The notes under the pieces are model-generated. The model saw only the letters and a program-made list of their open reading frames with translations, was not told the DNA's origin and ran no database searches. This document shows positions 1 through 10,451 of a stretch of 64,000 nt of DNA, piece by piece. Origin of the DNA: Malacoraja senta (Eukaryota); contig JAXLNO010002317.1 of assembly GCA_038087875.1 (NCBI GenBank), forward strand, positions 2,046,001 to 2,110,000, given 5' to 3'. Each line of letters starts with the position of its first letter. Position 1 is the stretch's first letter. A program made the position numbers and the translations under genes.

Positions 1-963
1 GGATGAGGTGTTCCACACCAGGGCATCGGAAATGTCCTCATTCTTCAGGGAACGGGCATTCCCCTCCCCTACTATAGATGAGGCCCTAACCAGGGTCTCT
101 TCAATACCCCGTAACTCTCTCTCCCCATCCCCCCACTCGTAACCAGGGCAGAGTCCCCCTAGTCCTCACCTTTCACCCCACTAGCCGTCACATACAACAA
201 ATAGTCCTCCATCATTTTCGCCACCTCCAACGTGACCACACCACTCGCCACATCTTCCCATCTCCCCCCTGTCTGCTTTCGCCAAAGACCGCTCCCTCCG
301 TAACTCCCTGGTCAATTCTTCCCTTCCCTCCCGCACCACCCCCTCCCTGCTACACTTGTCACTTTACCTCCCCCCTCGACTCCATTCAAGGACCTAAGCA
401 GTCGTTCCTGGTGCGACAGAGGTTCACCTGCATCTCCTCCAACCTCATCTATTGCATCCGCTGCTCTAGATGTCAGCTGATCTACATCGGTGAAACCAAG
501 CGTAGGCTTGGCGATCGTTTCACCGAACACCTCCGTTCGGTCCGCATTAACCAACCTGATCTCCCGGTGGCTCAGCACTTCAACTCCCCCTCCTATTCCG
601 AATCCGACCTTTCTGTCCTGGGCCTCCTCCATGGCCAGAGTGAGCACCACCGGAAATTGGAGGAGCAGCACCTCATATTCTGCTTGGGCAGTTTGCACCC
701 TAGCAGCATAAACATTGACTTCTCCAATTGCCGGTAGCCCTTGCTGTCTCCTCCCCTTCTCAGCTCTCCCTCAGCCCTCGGGCTCCTCCTCTTCCTTTCA
801 CCTTTCTTCTCCCCCCCTCTCCACCCTACATCAGTCTGAAGAAGGGTTTTGGCCTGAAACGTTGCCTATTTCCTCCGCTCCATAGATGCTGCTGCACCTG
901 CTGAGTTTCTCCAGCACTTTTGTCTACCTTCGATTTTCCAGCATCTGCAGTTCCTTCTTAAAC
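1..963 (+). mobile_element. Penelope-like element (PLE), 3' part: RT C-terminus, GIY-YIG endonuclease, 3' UTR and pLTR with hammerhead motif
   Basis: ORF 411-737 (LIYCIRCSRCQLIYIGETKRRLGDRFTEH...VAQHFN) is a PLE-type GIY-YIG domain. CTGAAGA...GAAAC motif at 836-860. Confidence 0.9.
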
Positions 964-984
964 AAGAAGGGGATATTCACCTTG

Positions 985-1190
985 TTGGGTATGTATTCCA
1001 GGCCTTCAAATGGTAAACGGAAATAAGGAGAAGAAATTTACCGGGAGATTCAGGCATTAGCAAGACTATTAGGTTTGTTATCGGAGGAAATTTTATCTGG
1101 GCCTGCCAGTGCCAACCTTTAGTTGGGATACAAATTTTCATACTGGATGCGTGCTGATGTCCAGTTCTTGGGTACGAAATAATTTCATTC
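985..1190 (+). mobile_element. Possible highly decayed CR1 APE-endonuclease remnant
   Basis: Frameshifted GMYSRPSN...EEIYREI...RFVIGGNF resembles CR1 endonuclease GVYYRPPN...VIVGDFN. Match is weak. Confidence 0.3.
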
Positions 1191-1620
1191 AATTGACATT
1201 CAAATGAAATATGTTAATTTAGTATTAAAAATGGACATTTATGCTATTTTAAGCTTTTGCTAATATGTGGGAATCTGTGATATTTTCAATACATTTACAA
1301 ATTTGAATATATCAACAGTCTCAGAAAATGGAAATATACGCGCCCAATGCCAGGAATATTTATGTATGCATACAATCGATGTGATTCCGCACCAATATTA
1401 CCTTCTGTCAAAAACTGTCAGGGCGTACCGAAACTTACACAAATGTTATTTCACATCCGAGTTATTTCCATTGCTGAGTCCGCTTTGTGCCCGGATTCCC
1501 ATCTGTGATGACGGGCACAACTGGACCCAGAATTACATGAACCACCGAAGGAGCAGAAAAAATTACCAATTTTTTCCTGAAATTTCTCTTGAAGCGAATC
1601 CCCAACACAGGGAATTATAT

Positions 1621-1818
1621 AGTTTAAAAAGGAACTGCAGATGCTGGAAAATTGAAGGTACACTAAAATGCTGGAAAATCGAAGGTACACAAAAATGCTG
1701 GAGCAGCATCTATGGAGCGAAGGAAATATGCAGGGTTTTGGCCCGAAACGTTGCCTATTTCCTTTGCTCCATAGATGCTGCTGCAACCGCTGAGTTTCTC
1801 CAGCATTTTTGTGTACCT
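1621..1818. mobile_element. Short palindromic PLE pLTR insertion
   Basis: Inverted pLTR halves turning at the hammerhead motif. 14-bp TSD acagggaattatat at 1607-1620 and 1819-1832. Confidence 0.8.
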
Positions 1819-2155
1819 ACAGGGAATTATATTGTTGCACCGCAACCATGTTTAGATTATTTAAGGGCAAGTAGAAAAGGAATTACCCCAATGAATAGAT
1901 CAAATGTACCTTGATTGCCAGAGCTATGTAAAATGATAATGTAATCACTATCTTTTGATGTGCCGTACAATTACTTACCAAATGTCATCGTCATTCTAAA
2001 GGACCTCTGTCTGGAATGTTGCCCATGTGTTGCCTTTGTCAGCGTCATTCCATGTTCCATTGACATAGGTGACCAATTTTCTTCGATCCTCTCTTAAAAT
2101 TGATAAACATAATAGGGATAATCAATAATTATCTACTTTCAAAAAATAGTTGTAC

Positions 2156-2523
2156 CCAAAGATACTAGAGGAGCAAGATAGACCACACCCCGAAATCCAA
2201 TGGAGTGACGTGTAGTACGTTACGGAACGTCACGGCCGCCATTTTTTAATGCAAAACGCGACATCTTTGGTAGCGGGGACGGACTCCACAGTTATACAAT
2301 CTGCGCTTACATCAGGTCGCAGGGAAGAGCAAAGATACTAGAGGCTCCTCTAGTATCTTTGGGGGAAGAGGACGTTTCCTCCACTCCTGAGTTGATCCAG
2401 GACTGATTCTCGGTCCCCCCGATACCAGATGAAGGCAACCGGCACCAGGCTCTCTGTCTGGCGGGAGAGCCTCAAGCGTCGGCGCTCCCGAGGCAGCGGG
2501 CAATGCTCCTCTAGTATCTTTGG
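2156..2523. mobile_element. Non-autonomous TIR element (MITE-like), superfamily unassigned
   Basis: Perfect 20-bp TIR ccaaagatactagaggagca (2156-2175) / tgctcctctagtatctttgg (2504-2523). Internal TIR-derived hairpin at 2330-2361. Confidence 0.7.
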
Positions 2524-3264
2524 TGTAATCCGTTACAAAGATTGATCCGCTCGATCATCTTTGGGGTAATCCGTGCTGTTGGGAACAGTGTTTTATATAG
2601 CATCTATCACTTCACATATTTAGTTAATATTATTGTAAATATTATTATTATTATTGTAAATTGCAGTCCGGTAAAATGGCGTCAACACTCACCCATGTCA
2701 TACTACGCTTTTTTCGCAGAGTGGCGCATCTTGCTCTGCTCTATCATGTTTGGTTGTATCTGTCTCTTATTTTTATCTGTATCTCCTATCAAAAATCGTT
2801 TGTCTTGTCTTCAGTGTCTGCAGCCGTTTTCCCACCATTGATCCTTTGCGCTTTTCACAGGAACATCAGTTCATTCCCCAAAAGGGAGAGGAAGTATAGT
2901 TTCTCAGATTTGTTACAGTTCGGTACATGTTTTACACGTTTCTAACCGTTTGGCATCTATCTCTATGATTTTGTTAACATTCATTATTTTCAATGCAATG
3001 TTTTTATCGGTTTGCTATCTATCTCTATGATTTTGTTAGCATTCATTATTTTCAATTTTCTATGATTTTAGTCCAATCAATATTACAGTGATCATGCCTG
3101 ATTGAACAATAGCCACTGTTCACCACTCGCTTGACGCCCACTTCCACGTTTCAGCTCTTCCGATCTGTGGCCACGAATCCAGTGGCGCCTTGAAGGCATG
3201 ATGCACCGTCCATAGCTTGTCGACTCAACTTATTCTGGATCATATGACTTGATAGTCTAGTTTG

Positions 3265-3680
3265 CCAGTTTAGTGTGTTGTCACGTGTATCAAAGTACAG
3301 TGAAAAGCTTTTTTTTGTTACGTGATATCCAGTCATCAAAAATATATTATAATTACAATCAAGCCGTCCACTCTGTTGAGACATTTGAATAAAGGGAATA
3401 ATGTTTAGTGCAATTTAAAATCCAGTAATGTCCAAATAAAGATAGACCGATGGTCTCCAATGAGGTAGATAGTAAGTCAGGACCGTGCTCTACTTGCAGA
3501 TGGGATGGTTCAGTTGCTGATAACAGCTGGGAAGAAACTATCCCGGAATCTGAATATGTGCGTTTATTTCACTTCTGCACCTCTTGTCCGATGGAGTGGA
3601 GGAGGGAGTGCGACTCGTCCTTGATTATGCTTATGTCTTTGCCTGGGCAGCGTGAAATGTAGATGGAGTCATTTTCTTCC
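3265..3680 (-). mobile_element. Rex1/Babar LINE 3' fragment
   Basis: Minus strand carries cagtttcttcccagctgttatcaggcaactgaac-like sequence (SFFPAVIRQLN, Rex1 ORF2 end). Similar pieces lie near 17000-17460, 18480-18850, 19610-19830, 32660-33010 and 35345-35610. Confidence 0.7.
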
Positions 3681-3769
3681 GTTCCTCCAATAATTTGGGA
3701 GCCTTGTAGCATTCCGTTACATCAAAAGGCCTATAGTATCTAATTTCTAAATTATATAAAAATATAATT

Positions 3770-4400
3770 GAATACAGAGAAGTGATACCTGTTGCATTTT
3801 GGGACGTCCAACAAGGGCAGGAACTACACAGTGAATGGCAGGCCTCTGGGTAGTGTTGAAAAGCAGAGGGATCAATGAATGCAGGTGCATGGTTCCTTGA
3901 AGGTCGAGTCACAGATAGATAAGCTGGTCAAAAAGGCTTTTGGCACATTGGCCTTCATCAGCCAGGGTATAGAAGTTGGGAGGTCATGTTGCAGTTGTAT
4001 AAGACTTTGGTTAGACGGCATTTGTAATATGTGTTCAGTTCTGGGCACCATGTTATGGGAAAGATATTGTCAAGCTTGAAAGGGTTCAGAGACAATCTAC
4101 GAGGATGTTGCCAGGACTACAGGGTGTGAGCTATAGGGAGAGGTTGAGTAGGCCGGGTCTCTATTCCCTGGAGCACAGGAGGATGAGAGGCGATCTTATA
4201 GAGGTGTATAAAATCATGTGATGAATAGATTGGATAGATGCACAGTCTCTTGCCCAGAGCGGGGGAATTGAGAACCAGAGAACATAGGTTCAAGGTGAAG
4301 GGGAAAAGATTTAATAGGAATCTGAGGGGAACTTTTTCACAAAAAGGGTGGTGAGTTTTAGAAACAAGCTGCCGGGTGAGATAGTTGAGGCTGGGACTAT
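3770..4400 (+). mobile_element. CR1 LINE 3' fragment
   Basis: ORF 3879-4079 (LKVESQIDKLVKKAFGTLAFISQGIE) and the downstream CR1 ORF2 C-terminal region, frameshifted. Confidence 0.85.
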
Positions 4401-4562
4401 CTGCCACAATTACCAAAGAAATGGTGCGCTACAATCTCTTAGTTCTGGGCTTGCCTGAAAGTCCAGGGAAACCAAATTGGTCAGCGGGCAGTCCATTATC
4501 TACTCCGGACAGGAAGAGGAGTGAAGCATCGAAGAAGAAAATGAAGACACACCCTCCAGGAT

Positions 4563-4780
4563 ACCTGCCACAAACATCACCCGGCAAGCCCTGAAATGGA
4601 ACCCAAAGGAAAAAGGAAAAGAGGTCGCCCCAGGAACAGCTGGAGAAGAGGTGTCCAGACAGAAATGTCTGAGAGTGGGCTCAACTGGGGAGATCTTGAA
4701 AGAACTGCCAACAACCGAGTGAGGTGGAGGAGATTTGTCAATGGCCAATGCTCCCTCGAGGAGCAAAGGGCTTAAGAGGA
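4563..4780 (+). mobile_element. RTE-clade LINE 3' fragment
   Basis: Frameshifted PATNITRQALKWNP-KGKRKRGRPRNSWRR, typical of the RTE ORF C-terminus. Confidence 0.7.
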
Positions 4781-5014
4781 ACTAAACCCCTCAACCACCT
4801 CGACCAAACATCACCTCAGCTAAACATCACGTCAGCTAAATTTCACACCTTACTAAACGTTGCTTCGATTAAACCCCTCGCTTCAACTAAACCTCACGTC
4901 GACTAAACTTCACCTCGACTAAACCTCACTCCTCACTGCTAAACTACTAACACCTAAACCTCGCTTCAAATAAACGCCTCGCCTTGAACCTCAACTCAAC
5001 TAAACCTCACCTCA

Positions 5015-5263
5015 GTGAAACCTCTGTCTCAACACATTGAACCTCTGGTTCAACGCCAACATGCATCGCTGGGGGCTGCGTTCATCTGCAGCCTGCATGT
5101 GTGGAGCAGACCAGCAAACAGCGCAGCATGTCATTTTCGACTGCGCTGTCCTCCTTCCCCCTGGTGGAGGGGTAGACCTCACGGCCCTCGACAACAGCAC
5201 ATTGAACCGGCTACAGCCTGGAGGGCGTTACATAACCTCTGCTGCCTCAAACACAAGAAGAAG
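5015..5263 (+). mobile_element. Non-LTR retrotransposon 3' end with CCHC knuckle (Vingi/Ingi- or RTE-X-like)
   Basis: ORF 5037-5267 (RWGLRSSAACMCGADQQTAQHVIFDC). Tail ends in aagaagaag. Flanked by ctaaacctcacctca (5000-5014 and 5264-5278), a possible TSD, though inside repetitive DNA. Confidence 0.6.
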
Positions 5264-5450
5264 CTAAACCTCACCTCACTAAACCTCACCTCTACTAAAC
5301 CTCACCTCAACTAAACCTCACACCACGACTAAATCCTCACCTCGACTAAACTTTACCTCACTAAACCTCCCACCTCACAACTAAACTTTACCTCAGCTAG
5401 TCACCTGAACTAAACCTAAACCTTGCATCAGCTAAATGTCACAACTCTTA

Positions 5451-6740
5451 CCTCACCCCCACTACACCTCACCCTCACCCCCACACCTCACCCCCACTAC
5501 ACCTCACCCTCACCCCCACTACACCTCACCCCCACTACACCTCACCCCCGCTACACCTCACCCCCGCTACACCTCACCCCCGCTACACCTCACCCCCGCT
5601 ACACCTCACCCCCACCCCCACCTCACCCCCACCCCCACCCCCACCCCCACTACACCTCACCCCCGCTACACCTCACCCCCACCCCCACCCCCACTACACC
5701 TCACCCCCGCTACACCTCACCCCCACTACACCTCACCCCCACTACACCTCACCCCCACCCCCACTACACCTCACCCCCGCTACACCTCACCCCACCCCCA
5801 CTACACCTCACCCCCACTACACCTTACCCCCGCTACACCTCACCCCCGCTACACCTCACCCCCACCGCCACCCCCACTACACCTCACCCCCGCTACACCT
5901 CACCCCCACCCCCACTACACCTCACCCCCACCCCCACTACACCTCACCCCCACCCCCACTACACCTCACCCCCGCTACACCTCACCCCCACCCCCACTTC
6001 ACCTCACCCCCACTACACCTCACCCCCACCCCCACTACACCTCACCCCCACCCCCACTACACCTCACCCCCACCACACCTCACCCCCACCCCCACTACAC
6101 CTCACCCCCACCCCCACCCCCACTACACCTCACCCCCGCTACATCTCACCCCCACCCCCACTTCACCTCACCCCCACCCCCACTACACCTCACCCCCGCT
6201 ACACCTCACCCCCACCCCCACTTCACCTCACCCCCACCCCCACTACACCTCACCCCCACTACACCTCACCCCCACCCCCACCCCCACTACACCTCACCCC
6301 CACTACACCTCACCCCCACCCCCGCTACACCTCACCCCCACTACACCTCACCCCCACCCCCACCCCCACTACACCTCACCCCCACTACACCTCACCCCCA
6401 CCCCCACCCCCACTACACCTCACCCCCACTACACCTCACCCCCACCCCCACCCCCACTACACCTCACCCCCACTACACCTCACCCCCACTACACCTCACC
6501 CCCACTACACCTCACCCCCACCCCCACTACACCTCACCCCCACTACACCTCACCCCCACTACACCTCACCCCCACTACACCTCACCCCCACCCCCACTAC
6601 GCCTCACCCCCGCTACACCTCACCCCCGCTACACCCCACCCCCGCTACACCCCACCCCCGCTACACCCCACCCCCGCTACACCCCACCCCCGCTACACCC
6701 CACCCCCGCTACACCCCACCCCCGCTACACCTCACCCTCA
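5451..6740 (+). repeat. C-rich minisatellite, core (CCCC[A/G]CTACACCTCA)n
   Basis: Directly visible 15-mer tandem array with 5-6 nt insertions. Confidence 0.95.
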
Positions 6741-6829
6741 CGTTGACGTTGACTAAACTTCACCTCAACTACACTTCACCTGAACTAAACCTAAACGTCA
6801 CCTCAATAAACTCCACCTCACGACTAAAC

Positions 6830-7300
6830 TATTTATAGCCCCTCCCCCCCCCCCCCCCGGCCATTGGCGGCGCCTCACGTGAGCGGAGCGGATCCAACCA
6901 GAGCGCGGGTCACGTGGACAACTACAGCCCTCGCGGGGGAGGGCGAACGCGGAGAGCGGAGCAGGCGCACTGCCTGAGAGAGCCGGTGGGAAGGGGGAAG
7001 GGGGGCGCACGCTCGCTGACGTTGTTGTTGACGTCGAGTCCGAGGCCAGACCCCCCCGGCCTGGGCGGCCGCAGCCCCTCCCCACCGGCTCTCTCGGGCA
7101 GTGCGCCTGCGCCGCTCTCCGCGTTCGCCCCCCCCCCCCCGGCGAGGATGGCGCGAGACTCGCGACGGCTTTTGGCGCCTTTTTCCCGCCGAGGGCTGTA
7201 GTTGTCCACGTGACCCGCGCTCTGGTTGGATCCGCTCCGCTCACGTGAGGCGCCGCCAACGGCCGGGGAGGAGGGGGGAGGGGCTGTAAATAGTTTAGTC
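6830..7300. promoter_or_regulatory. CpG-rich palindrome core with four CACGTG E-boxes
   Basis: CACGTG at 6876, 6911, 7207 and 7242. CTATTTATAG near 6829-6838. GATGGCG (YY1-like) near 7147. High CpG density relative to the rest of the window. Function is inferred only. Confidence 0.4.
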
Positions 7301-7375
7301 GTGAGGTGGAGTTTATTGAGGTGACGTTTAGGTTTAGTTCAGGTGAAGTGTAGTTGAGGTGAAGTTTAGTCAACG

Positions 7376-8106
7376 TGAGGGTGAGGTGTAGCGGGGGTGG
7401 GGTGTAGCGGGGGTGGGGTGTAGCGGGGGTGAGGTGTAGCGGGGGTGAGGTGTAGCGGGGGTGAGGTGAGGTGTAGCGGGGGTGAGGTGAGGTGTAGCGG
7501 GCGTGAGGTGAGGTGTAGCGGGGGTGAGGTGAGGTGTAGAGGGGGTGAGGTGAGGTGTAGCGGGGGTGAGGTGAGGTGTAGCGGGGGTGAGGTGAGGTGT
7601 AGCGGGGGTGAGGTGAGGTGTAGCGGGGGTGAGGTGTAGTGGGGGTGTGGGTGAGGTGTAGTGGGGGTGAGGTGCAGTGGGGGTGAGGTGAGGTGTAGTG
7701 GGGGTGTGGGTGAGGTGTAGTGGGGGTGAGGTGTGGGGGTGAGGTGTAGTGGGGGTGAGGTGTAGTGGGGGTGAGGTGAGGTGTAGTGGGGGTGAGGTGA
7801 GGTGTAGTGGGGGTGAGGTGTAGTGGGGGTGGGGGTGAGGTGTAGTGGGGGTGGGGGTGAGGTGTAGTGGGGGTGAGCTGTAGCGGGGGTGAGGTGTAGC
7901 GGGGGTGAGGTGTAGCGGGGGTGAGGTGTAGCGGGGTGAGGTGTAGCGGGGGTGGGGGTGAGGTGTAGCGGGGGTGAGCTGTAGCGGGGGTGAGGTGTAG
8001 CGGGGGTGAGGTGTAGCGGGGGTGAGGTGTAGCGGGGGTGAGGTGTAGCGGGGGTGAGGTGTAGCGGGGGTGAGGTGTAGCGGGGGTGAGGTGTAGTGGG
8101 GGTGAG
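7376..8106 (+). repeat. G-rich minisatellite (TGAGGTGTAG[C/T]GGGG)n, reverse complement of the 5451-6740 array
   Basis: Directly visible. Confidence 0.95.
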
Positions 8107-8470
8107 GTTCGAGGCGAGGGGTTTAGTTGAAGTGAGGTTTAGGTGTGAGGAATAGTTTAGTAGTGAGGTGTGAGGTTTAGTCGAGGTGAAGTTTAGTCAA
8201 CGTGAGGTTTAGATGAAGCGAGGGGTTTAATCGAAGCAATGTTTAGTGAGGTGTGAAATGTAGTTGAGGTGAGGTTTAGCTGAGGTGAAGTTTGTTCGAG
8301 GTGATTGAGGGGTTTAGTTGAGGTGAGGTAAAGTTTAGTCGAGGTGAAGATTAGTCGAGGTGTGAGGTTTAGTTGAGGTGAAGTTTAGTCGAGGCGTGAG
8401 GTTTAGTAATGCGGCGATTAGTTGTGACGTTTAATTAAGTCAAAGTTAAGTCTAGGTGAGGTTTAGTTGA

Positions 8471-9021
8471 TGTGAGATTCAAAAATCACAAACGCTTTTA
8501 GAGACAAAGTCAGCAAAGAAGCTTTTTATTCAAATCATATTCTGCAGAATAGGTGCCTCTCCTCTGAAGGCCCCTAGAGGCACACCGAGGATCGGGATGA
8601 CTTCCATCTTTATACATTTCATGGGTATCATTGTCACACCCTCATCCCTCCCCATTGTGCTTCTTCCAATCATAACATAAAGCCCACATTCCCACGAGAA
8701 CGTCCTGGAACGTCCTGGAACGTCCACCTGACGTCAAAGACACCTCCCATATCATGCATCGCATGTGCATTTAAATGAGACATCTTGTCATAGTGGGTGT
8801 GTGTACATATTCATGTAAGTTCATTGCCCATGCGCACTGAGTGTTTCTTATGACCCTTACCCTAGTTCTATGCTGGGCTGTTGCTATCTTCTCTGTTCTC
8901 ATCCTTGAAAAAGTCACCATCTGTACTTGTCCTTCACTCCCCCTATCCTCCCTACTATACTCCCTACTATACAAAGGGTTCTTGTCTAAATCAACTTATA
9001 CCTATTAACCCCTTTCTCACA
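8471..9021 (-). mobile_element. Endogenous retrovirus 3' LTR (551 bp)
   Basis: 7-bp terminal inverted repeat TGTGAGA...TCTCACA. On the minus strand: purine-rich PPT-like tract at ~9022-9040, TATAAA at 8609-8614 and AATAAA at 8525-8530. Short tandem duplications in U3. Confidence 0.8.
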
Positions 9022-9115
9022 ATCCACACTTTTACTTTTGCTACTGCAATCTTTGATTTAGACTATCTGCCCCTTCTCTAATGCTAGCAGCAGAATCTTC
9101 GCCTCTATCTTCCTC

Positions 9116-9600
9116 TCATTCGATAGACAGGGAGGTGAGACCTGCTAGGGCTCTCGATACTGACCCATCAGGAGCAGTGTTGTTGGGGATGAAGGTGCAA
9201 CATTGTTCCCCAAACATTACACACACCCCTCCCTTCTCAGCCAGTAGCATGTCTAAGGCCATGCGATTTTGCCAGGCCATTAGGCTGGTATCTGTCAGTT
9301 GTTCCGCTAATCCTACAACCGCATCTCGAGTGTAATTTATAAAGCGTTGATTGTAGTATAGGTAGTTGATCCAGTCCACATTTTTATTAAGTGTGGACCA
9401 CCAGAAGAGTATGGACTCAAAGCCCGCAGCTATCTGGTTTCTGGCTTTGAATTCATCGGGTACCCCTCTTGGCACCCCTATCGCATCTATATATATGTGT
9501 GTGTCGAAGGGGCTGTCCTTCGGCCCTTTGTATTGTTGTTGCTAGCCGGGAATAGGTAATGATGACTCTGGCAGGTCGCATCCTTTGGTAGGATGGGATT
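9116..9600 (-). pseudogene. env: ERV env remnant (SU/TM junction and TM ectodomain), gamma/epsilon-type
   Basis: FDTHIYIDAIGVPRGVPDEFKARNQIAAGFES..., immunosuppressive domain QNRMALDMLLAEKGGVC, and CX6CC (CVMFGEQCC). Stop at 9116 comes before any membrane anchor. Confidence 0.9.
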
Positions 9601-9649
9601 CGTGAATAGCTGTAGTATACATGACATAGCCCCAGGTGTCCTATCCGTC

Positions 9650-10450
9650 AGTTTCGCCACCTCCAACGTGACCCCACCACTCGCCACATCTTCCCATCTC
9701 CCCCTATGTCTGCCTTCCGCAAAGACCGCTCCCTCCGTAACTCCCTTGTCAATTCTTCCCTTCCCTCCCATACCACCCCCTCCCCTGGTACTTTCCCTTG
9801 CAACCGCAAGAGATGCAACACTTGTCCCTTCACTTCCCCCCTCCACTCCATTCCAGGACCCAAGCAGTCGTTCCAGGTGCAACAGAGGTTCACCTGCATC
9901 TCCTCCAACCTCATCTATTGCATTCGCTGCTCTAGATGCCAGCTGATCTACATCGGTGAGACCAAGCGGAGGCTTGGCGATCGTTTCGCCGAACACCTCC
10001 GGTCGGTCCGCAATAACCAACCTGAACTCCCGGTGGCTCAGCACTTCAACTCCCCCTCCCATTCCGTATCTGACCTCTCTGTCCTGGGTCTCCTCCATGG
10101 CCACAGCGAGCAACACCGTAAATTGGAGGAAATGCACCTCATATTCCGCTTGGGCAGTCTACATCCTGGTGGCCTGAACGTTGAATTCTCCCAATTCTGC
10201 TAGCCCTGGCTGTCCCCTCCCCTTCATCAGCCATCTGGTTGTCTCCGCCCCTCCCCCAGCCCTCGGGCTCCTCCTCCTCCTTTTCCTTTTTTCCTTTCTT
10301 CTCCCCACCCCCTATCAGTCTGAAGAAGGGTTTCGGCCCGAAACGTTACCTATTTCCTTCGCTCCATAGATGCTGCTGCACCCGCTGAGTGCATTTTCTC
10401 CAGCATTTTTGTGTACCTTCGATTTTCCAGCATCTGCAGTTCCTTCTTTA
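9650..10450 (+). mobile_element. Penelope-like element, 5'-truncated, with open GIY-YIG ORF
   Basis: ORF 9706-10203 (CNRKRCNTCPF...YIGETKRRLGDRFAEH). pLTR with hammerhead motif at 10320-10348. Confidence 0.92.
10316..10352 (+). ncRNA. Minimal type I hammerhead ribozyme motif (PLE pLTR)
   Basis: CTGAAGA-A-GGGT(TTCG)GCCC-GAAAC-GTT: core CUGANGA and GAAA, stem II with a UUCG loop, palindromic ACGT stem III. Stem I is only ~2 bp. Confidence 0.65.
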
Positions 10451-10451
10451 A

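Larger units (their letters stand above)
4781..8470. repeat. Large imperfect inverted repeat (foldback-like) with modular arms
   Basis: 4781-5010 is the reverse complement of ~8105-8320. The C-rich array (5451-6740) mirrors the G-rich array (7376-8106). 6750-6932 mirrors 7190-7375, and 6941-6996 mirrors 7075-7130. Central spacer ~6997-7074. Confidence 0.9.

Noticed and set aside
1267-1914. 215-aa ORF
   Set aside because: It runs across a PLE palindromic insertion and AT-rich DNA, starts at GTG, and has no recognisable domain.
5423-6838. Long H/P/T-rich ORFs (471 aa and 436 aa) resembling extensin or mucin
   Set aside because: They are translations of the stop-free C-rich minisatellite; no splice or signal context supports them.
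7148-7201. ATGGCG start (MARDSRRLLAPFSRRGL) in the GC-rich core as a first coding exon
   Set aside because: Short, no convincing donor, no recognisable homology, and embedded in the palindrome arm.
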